A DNA stretch of 34,664 nucleotides from a candidate division NPL-UPA2 bacterium (GTDB lineage: Bacteria > Bacillota > UBA994). The position numbers and the translations under genes are program-made. The notes under the pieces are model-generated. The model was not told the DNA's origin. It saw nothing but the letters and a program-made list of their open reading frames with translations, and did no database searches. Shown here one piece after another: positions 28,786 through 34,664 of this stretch. The stretch is from contig QLUB01000002.1 of the NCBI GenBank assembly GCA_018725205.1, positions 1 to 34,664 of the forward strand. Reading direction: 5' to 3'. Position 1 is the first letter of the stretch. Each line of letters opens with the position of its first letter.

Positions 28786-29007
28786 ATGCTCACTGCTTTG
28801 AAGATTGTTCAAGCCTTGGTGGCTATAGGGGTTATCCTATCAATCGTGATGCAGAGCGGTCGTGCCGCGGGGCTTGGAGCGATTTCCGGGGGCGCGGAAG
28901 CTTTGTTTGGGCGTAAGAAGAACATGGACGCCTTTTTCGGCAAGCTTACGGTTGGCCTAGGCATTGCCTTTATGGTTTTGTCGCTCGCAATTGCCGTTCT
29001 GCAGTAA
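28786..29007 (+). CDS. secG: Preprotein translocase subunit SecG
   Basis: 73 aa with two TM segments. The central QSGRAAGLGAISGG...FG motif and its position after eno are typical. Confidence 0.88.
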   Translation: MLTALKIVQALVAIGVILSIVMQSGRAAGLGAISGGAEALFGRKKNMDAFFGKLTVGLGIAFMVLSLAIAVLQ

Positions 29008-29045
29008 GCCTGCGGCATCGGCCTCTCCTAATAGTTCTATAGTTG

Positions 29046-29078
29046 GGGGCAGATTCACCGGCAAGGTGTATCCGCCCC
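29046..29078 (+). terminator. Imperfect 14-position hairpin after secG
   Basis: GGGGCAGATTCACC-ggcaa-GGTGTATCCGCCCC pairs at 12 of 14 positions and is followed by TTCTC. Confidence 0.5.
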
Positions 29079-29110
29079 TTCTCAAAGTAGTAGTATAAGG
29101 GGGCATTATT

Positions 29111-31123
29111 TTGGCGGACTTATTTTTCGCGGACTTATTATTGTGGCTGTCACCTGTCGCGGGACTATTAGCACTTTTTTTTGCGCTTTACTTAACTAAT
29201 TATGTCACTCGACAGGATGCTGGCACGCCCAGAATGCAGGAAATCGCCGCTGCTATCCACGAGGGCGCGATGGCGTTTTTGCGCCGTGAGTACAGGGCGT
29301 TGGCCGTCTTTGTAGTCGCGCTGTTCGCCATCATTGTGGTCGCCATCGATGTCTGGACGGCGGTCTCATTTTTGGCGGGCGCACTAAGCTCCGTGCTGGC
29401 TGGCTTTATTGGCATGACTGTGGCTACGCGCGCTAACGTGCGCACTGCGGCTGCGGCGCGCTTTGGCACTAACCAAGCTTTGGCGATCGCTTTCTCCGGC
29501 GGTGCCGTCATGGGCATGTCGGTGGTAGGGCTGGGGCTCTTTGGCGTCAGCACGCTGTACATGGCGTTTCGCGCCGTTAGTGGTGTGACCGACCTTAGCA
29601 TTCTGGTGGGCATGATTAACGGCTTCGCCTTGGGCGCTAGCTCGATTGCCTTGTTCGCGCGCGTGGGCGGAGGCATTTATACTAAAGCTGCTGACGTCGG
29701 TGCCGACTTGGTAGGCAAAATAGAAGCTGGCATCCCCGAAGATGACCCGCGCAACCCCGCCGTCATTGCCGACAACGTAGGCGACAATGTAGGAGACGTT
29801 GCGGGCATGGGCGCAGACCTCTTTGAATCTTACGTAGGCTCGATCATCGCCGCAATGGCGCTTGGAGCCGTCGCGCTCCAAAACGCTTGGGCTGCAGTTG
29901 TTTTGCCGCTCGGTTTAGCAGCGGTGGGCATTGTGGCATCGATTATCGGCTCGCGTTTCGTTTCCGCTAAAGAGGGCGCTAACGTACAACAAGCCCTTTC
30001 TAACGGCACTTATGCCGCTGGTGCGCTCACCATAGCCGGTGCCTTTGGCCTGGTAAATGTTCTCGGCATCGACATAGGTGTGTTCTACGCCATAGTCGCT
30101 GGTTTGGTGGGTGGCGTGGCCATCGGGCAAATTACTGAATACTACACCTCAGGCGATAAGCCGCCCGTGCAAAGTATCGCCGCCGCCTCGCAGACCGGCC
30201 CTGCGACTAACATTATTACCGGTCTCGCCGTAGGTATGATGAGCACTGCCCTCCCGGTTATCGCGATTGTCGCCGCCATCTTTGTTTCCGTCCACTTTGC
30301 GGGGCTCTACGGCATAGCTATCGCCGCCGTGGGCATGTTGGCCACTACAGGCATCATTGTGGCTGTAGACGCCTACGGGCCCATTGCGGATAACGCCGGC
30401 GGCATCGCGGAGATGGCGCACTTGGATAAAGCCGTACGCAAGATTACGGACAAGCTTGACGCTGTAGGCAACACCACGGCCGCTATTGGCAAAGGATTTG
30501 CCATTGGCTCGGCTGCGCTCACGGCCTTAGCTTTGTTCTCTGCCTACGCTACGGCCGTAGGGCTCACGACTATCGATTTACTGAACCATAGAGTGATTAT
30601 TGGGCTATTTCTCGGGGGCATGCTACCTTTCCTTTTCTCTGCCTTGGCGATGCAGGCAGTGGGCAAAGCCGCTTTCCAGATGATCGGCGAGGTGCGCCGT
30701 CAGTTTAAGGAAATCAAAGGAATTATGGAGGGCACAGCTCGCCCTGACTACGCCCGCTGCGTAGACATTAGCACCACTGCAGCACTGCGGGAAATGATTG
30801 TGCCGGGTTTATTAGCCGTTGTTATGCCAATCGTCGTCGGGCTGCTATTGGGCAAGGAAGCGTTAGGCGGTCTGTTGGCCGGCTCAGTTGTGACCGGGTT
30901 CCTAATGGCCGTGATGATGTCTAACGCCGGTGGGGCCTGGGATAACGCCAAAAAGTTTATTGAAGGCGGAGAGTACGGCGGTAAGGGTACTACGACGCAT
31001 CAAGCTGCGGTAGTAGGAGACACGGTCGGTGATCCATTCAAGGATACCTCCGGCCCGTCCATTAACATCTTAATTAAGCTGATGGCGATTGTAGCTTTAG
31101 TATTTGCTCCCATCTTTATCTAG
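29111..31123 (+). CDS. hppA: Membrane-integral pyrophosphate-energised cation pump (K+-dependent type signature)
   Basis: TTG follows [25 protein letters not shown] and [10 protein letters not shown] motifs. [18 protein letters not shown] has Ala rather than Lys at the K+-dependence determinant. Confidence 0.93.
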   Translation: MADLFFADLLLWLSPVAGLLALFFALYLTNYVTRQDAGTPRMQEIAAAIHEGAMAFLRREYRALAVFVVALFAIIVVAIDVWTAVSFLAGALSSVLAGFIGMTVATRANVRTAAAARFGTNQALAIAFSGGAVMGMSVVGLGLFGVSTLYMAFRAVSGVTDLSILVGMINGFALGASSIALFARVGGGIYTKAADVGADLVGKIEAGIPEDDPRNPAVIADNVGDNVGDVAGMGADLFESYVGSIIAAMALGAVALQNAWAAVVLPLGLAAVGIVASIIGSRFVSAKEGANVQQALSNGTYAAGALTIAGAFGLVNVLGIDIGVFYAIVAGLVGGVAIGQITEYYTSGDKPPVQSIAAASQTGPATNIITGLAVGMMSTALPVIAIVAAIFVSVHFAGLYGIAIAAVGMLATTGIIVAVDAYGPIADNAGGIAEMAHLDKAVRKITDKLDAVGNTTAAIGKGFAIGSAALTALALFSAYATAVGLTTIDLLNHRVIIGLFLGGMLPFLFSALAMQAVGKAAFQMIGEVRRQFKEIKGIMEGTARPDYARCVDISTTAALREMIVPGLLAVVMPIVVGLLLGKEALGGLLAGSVVTGFLMAVMMSNAGGAWDNAKKFIEGGEYGGKGTTTHQAAVVGDTVGDPFKDTSGPSINILIKLMAIVALVFAPIFI

Positions 31124-31144
31124 CGTCATCGAGGAGGGCTCGCC

Positions 31145-31696
31145 GTGACTGGTGCGGAAGCGTTGGCCTTAGTTAAATCGCATGTAACAAACAAGAATCT
31201 TATTAAGCATATGGTGGCTGTAGCAGCGGTTATGGGTGCTTTAGCTGAACGCGCCGGTGAAGATGTTTCACTTTGGCAGCTCACGGGCTTGTTGCACGAT
31301 ATCGACTATGACCACACAGCGGAACTCCCGGCAGAGCACAGTAAGTTAGGCGCAGAGATGTTAGCGGAGCTAAAGCTCCCAAGAGATCTGGTGCAGGCCG
31401 TGCTCGTCCACAACGAGGCGCACGGCATCCCACGCGAAACGCCGCTCGATAAGGCTCTTTACTGCAGTGACCCGGTCACCGGACTAATTGTAGCAGGAGT
31501 ACTAATTCATCCGAGCAAGAAGATAGCCAGCATTGACGCCGATTTCATCTTAAACCGCTACGGCGAAAAGAGCTTTGCCCGTGGCGCTAACCGCGAGGCT
31601 ATCGCCTCCTGCGAGGAACTGGGGTTAACTCTAAGGGAATTTGTGAGTCTCGCGCTCGCCGCGATGCAGGATGTGGCTTCCGAGATCGGACTATAA
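31145..31696 (+). CDS. HD-superfamily hydrolase (small, COG2316-like)
   Basis: GTG follows GAGGAGGG. LIKHMVAVAAVMGALA...GLLHDIDY...HNEAHG. Confidence 0.75.
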   Translation: MTGAEALALVKSHVTNKNLIKHMVAVAAVMGALAERAGEDVSLWQLTGLLHDIDYDHTAELPAEHSKLGAEMLAELKLPRDLVQAVLVHNEAHGIPRETPLDKALYCSDPVTGLIVAGVLIHPSKKIASIDADFILNRYGEKSFARGANREAIASCEELGLTLREFVSLALAAMQDVASEIGL

Positions 31697-31706
31697 GCAA
31701 AGCAAC

Positions 31707-31735
31707 GGAGTGTCGCCCGCTCGGGGTGACACTCC
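31707..31735 (+). terminator. Hairpin after the HD gene (about 12 bp stem, no U-tract)
   Basis: GGAGTGTCGCCC-gctcg-GGGTGACACTCC, including one G-U pair. Confidence 0.4.
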
Positions 31736-31770
31736 GTGACTTAGCTCTGGTTCGCTAACGGTTCTGTTTT

Positions 31771-33280
31771 AGCCCAACTTTCGGCTAGACAGGCGAAAGA
31801 TCCAGCAAACACAGGGTTTTCGCTTTCGTGTTGGTCACTACAATCTAGTTGCCACGTAGGATACTTGCTTGCACGGCAACTGCTTAATGTCTAGTTTGTG
31901 GTAAATATCCTGGTGGGCTGCTTCCGGTGTGCCGGAGAGCCTGATGTGATGAATAGGACGCAGGCCAAGATCGCTCTTTAGGGTGCGGAATGCCGATTCC
32001 ACCTGCAAAATAGTCATGTACATCTGCCAAATTTCCGCGGCAGTTAGTTCCTGATGTGTGCTTTCAATGACATAACAGCCCGTCAGTATCTCGCGGGTAC
32101 TGCGAACCTCTTCCTTGAGTGACCACTCTAAAGACAACACGTCGTTTCCATCTTCCTTGGCGGTGATGGTATAGTACTTGGCCACGGAGGGGTACTTCTC
32201 ATGAATACGACCAACACGCTGCCAAACCTTCTCCTTGCGCTTGAGAGACCCTTTAGCGACGGAACGGGCCGCAGACTCCAACTCCTCTATAAAACGACCT
32301 TCCTTCAGACGGCTAAAGGAGTCAAGGGACATAAACTCTTTCGTAAAATCTCGCTCTGCTTGGCGCCGTTCAATAACGGTATACGGGTAACCCTTCTCTT
32401 TGAGTAAAGCTAAATTGCCCTTTGTGGCAATGCCCCTGTCCGTGATGAGGGTTGGCTTAATAGGGGCTAGCAAAGGGGGTGTATCCTGAAAACAGGGTAC
32501 ACTGTCCTGCAAAATATGTATTGGTCAAGTCGTAGAGGTAGACACTGGGTTCGCCCTTGGCAAACTGCCGCTTTTCCTCTTGGTAGAGAGCCGTCTCAAT
32601 CTGTAGCTTGCTTAACAACAGGCGATCAGCAATCTCATAGATAGCATCCTTACCGATATCCGCAAGGTTAACCGAGAGCATTTCTGTCAAAGAAGTGCGT
32701 TGCGTTAACCACCGCCAAGTTCCCAAGTCACTACCGGGTTCTATTAGTCGAGCAGCCACCACCGCTTCCGTCAGAGCCTGTTCCTTAGGACTAAATCCAC
32801 ACTTACTCAGGATCTGATTCATGTTCAACTGCTCCCAAGCCTTCTGCGCCACTAGCTCAGGGCCCAGAGAACGATGATGAGAGGTAGCGAGAGTGCTCAC
32901 GTCCACAGTCATTAATTGCTGCTGCTCTTGGCGAACCTCCTTGTCCTCCCGCTTTTGCTCAACTACCTTGTACTGGTCAATCGCCCTTAAGGCCACTGCT
33001 TCAATAGCCGGGTCATCGGGCAACAGTGTTTCCTGTCCAGAGAGCTTTCGCTCCAGACACGCCGCCAACGCCTTCCACTGACTTTGAGGCAACTCCAAAG
33101 AACCCAAGGGCATGACCATTCTTTGCCTTGGGCCATATGGAATGGCTTACCCAACTATTTTAACTATTAGGTCACTACATTTTCACTTTTGCGAATATGG
33201 ACCTAGCGCTATCAATGGTCTTTGACTCAAAACTAGCCGTTTCCCGCGTGTTTTGGAGGGGACCGGTCGAAAGTTGGGCT
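31771..33280 (-). mobile_element. Degenerate IS element (IS1634/IS4-superfamily-like), about 1.5 kb, 13-bp terminal inverted repeats
   Basis: AGCCCAACTTTCG at 31771-31783 is the exact reverse complement of 33268-33280. Together they bracket the split transposase ORFs. Sampled stretches look more AT-rich than the flanks (33121-33180 is 40% GC by hand count). I see no target-site duplication. Confidence 0.7.
31838..33119 (-). pseudogene. DDE transposase, frameshifted and probably internally deleted
   Basis: N-part (32457-33119) ends at the first catalytic block VYLYDLTNTYFAG. C-part (31838-32512, another frame) has LITDRGIATKGNLALLKEKGYPYTV and LQVESAFRTLKSDLGLRPIHH. Only ~25 codons separate the D blocks, against ~70-90 in intact relatives as I recall. 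The C-terminus after RPIHH is short. Confidence 0.7.
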
Positions 33281-33283
33281 AGG

Positions 33284-34321
33284 TTAATGACATTGGGATT
33301 GGCCCGCCAGCCTGCGCCAGAGGGCAAAGCACCAGACCCAGCTTCCCAATAGCAGAAGCGCCCAAAGTACGGCCACGGGCCAAACCAATATGCGGGGTGC
33401 CAGCACCAACGGCAGGTAGAAGAGGTAGCGATAGGGGGTCACGACCACCTGCAAAGGAACTAGAACCATCCAACTGTACTCCCATATACCGCTTCCGCCT
33501 GTTGGCGCTGGGAATGGCCACAGCGGCCAAAAAATCTCGAGATCATTAGGTGCGGCACGCAGGACCCTTAAACGGTACCCGATAGGCATAACCCCTGGTT
33601 GGTAAGGGCGAAGTCGCTCTAAAATATCTGTCGAGCTCAGCCTTTCACCTTCCCACCCCCACGACACCCTCTGAAGTGAGCCGAGAAGCCAAACAGATGC
33701 GGGATGCGGACTTGTTGTGTGCATTATGCCATGATAATCAGGACGTAAGTAGACGCCGGACTTGTCTTGAAAATTATAGAATACCAACCATAAATCGCCA
33801 ATATTGTAAATTCGCTGCGAGAACCTCGCCAGCCCTCGGAAGGAGCGGGGCTCGGGGGTAAAACCAACATGCGTCCAGAATCCTTGCACGTCCGACGCTC
33901 CCCAGGCGATGAGGGTAGGCAACTCGTTCCCCGAGTGCTCAACTCCTTCGACCCATACTAGTCTACTGACCGCCTCAGGTGGCTGCCGGGCGCGTAGGTT
34001 CTCCTCCAGCGTCCCTTGACAGAAGATTAGAAGGTGGTCCCGCCTAATGTCTATGGGCTCACCTATGGCAGGGTACTCCACCGCAGGCACGAAAAGTGCA
34101 TTAGCACCGAGGTGAAATAGTTGGTTAGGAAAAATATCATCTTGATGCCAATGATGCGGCGCAAGCAAAGCAGTAATCTCATAAAGGACACCCTGATAGC
34201 GATGATGCGCTAGGCTTACATAGCCCATGCCCCAGAAAAGGACAGCCAACGGGAAAAGCAGCAGATGGATGAAGAAAAGCGTTGGCAGCGTTTTTGTTTT
34301 TGGGGGGCGGGAGTCTGGCAT
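33284..34321 (-). CDS. Uncharacterised membrane protein (N-terminal TM, large middle domain, C-terminal TM pair)
   Basis: ATG at 34321 lies 5 nt after GGGTGAGG. The hydrophobic N-terminus is LPTLFFIHLLLFPLAVLFWGMGYV and the C-terminus is hydrophobic and Trp/Leu-rich. I recognise no family motif. The stop is 3 nt from the IS end. Confidence 0.6.
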   Translation of the reverse strand: MPDSRPPKTKTLPTLFFIHLLLFPLAVLFWGMGYVSLAHHRYQGVLYEITALLAPHHWHQDDIFPNQLFHLGANALFVPAVEYPAIGEPIDIRRDHLLIFCQGTLEENLRARQPPEAVSRLVWVEGVEHSGNELPTLIAWGASDVQGFWTHVGFTPEPRSFRGLARFSQRIYNIGDLWLVFYNFQDKSGVYLRPDYHGIMHTTSPHPASVWLLGSLQRVSWGWEGERLSSTDILERLRPYQPGVMPIGYRLRVLRAAPNDLEIFWPLWPFPAPTGGSGIWEYSWMVLVPLQVVVTPYRYLFYLPLVLAPRILVWPVAVLWALLLLGSWVWCFALWRRLAGQSQCH

Positions 34322-34337
34322 AATCCTCACCCTTTCA

Positions 34338-34664
34338 TTATGGATTAGAGCTTAGAAAGATGGGGGTCGTGTAAATCACATCAAGCAAATTGCCCATCGG
34401 ATCTGTAATTTCTACAGACAGCCAGTAATTTTGGTCGCCGCCAGGGAAGGTGCGACTGAACGTCCTAATGATTTCGATTCCGGCAGTAGCCCAGAATACT
34501 GGTTCCTCGTACACTACTTCTGCCATATCGCGCCGAAACAGCCTTATCCGAGCGGAACCAGTTACTGAAGGGATAAAGCGTAGATGCATATTTAGCGTAC
34601 TGTTGACAGCCAGACCCCGCTGGATGCTTCCAGGCAGGAGCCCGTTGATGGCAACACGTCCCCA
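34338..34664 (-). CDS. Hypothetical protein, 5' partial (continues beyond the window end)
   Basis: The frame is open from the window edge (WGRVAINGLLPGS...) through the listed ORF. The C-terminus ...NYWLSVEITDPMGNLLDVIYTTPIFLSSNP resembles the beta-sandwich tails ending T-N-P-I-y of CehA/McbA-type metallohydrolases, but this is a weak recollection. Its stop lies 16 nt before the next gene's ATG. Confidence 0.45.
   Translation of the reverse strand, partial: WGRVAINGLLPGSIQRGLAVNSTLNMHLRFIPSVTGSARIRLFRRDMAEVVYEEPVFWATAGIEIIRTFSRTFPGGDQNYWLSVEITDPMGNLLDVIYTTPIFLSSNP

Overview
The window looks like a chromosomal segment from a Gram-positive, Bacillota-like organism. GGAGG-type ribosome binding sites sit 5-9 nt before most starts, GC is about mid-50s % by eye, and gene order is Firmicute-type. 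Most of it is housekeeping. In order: a 5'-partial ABC-F tail and an HD hydrolase; a small accessory islet at about 1.0-3.2 kb (a GRVGG-repeat protein, a transposase stub, hicAB, decayed sequence); a TAXI-type TRAP transporter operon on the minus strand; ycdX-like PHP phosphatase-rapZ-yvcK. These are followed, unusually, by tnaA-mtnN-tldD-pmbA, then M42 peptidase, a DUF362 Fe-S protein, glnA, a ppiB 3' stub, an MFS transporter and a DUF1540 protein. Only after those comes whiA, followed by an HPr-like gene, a compact EI-like gene and gap-pgk-tpiA-gpmI-eno-secG. The rest is a membrane pyrophosphatase, a second HD protein, a degenerate IS with 13-bp terminal inverted repeats, and two translationally coupled unknown genes that run off the window end. 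I found no CRISPR array, tRNA or rRNA, and no recognisable multi-gene defence or biosynthetic system. The best candidates for something undescribed are: (i) the tail-anchored protein made of six ~22-residue GRVGG repeats next to hicAB, (ii) the His-only HPr-like plus shortened Enzyme I pair between whiA and gap, with no EII gene in the window, and (iii) the unknown membrane-protein gene pair beside the IS. All family calls come from motifs read by eye and recalled from memory. No searches or statistics were run.
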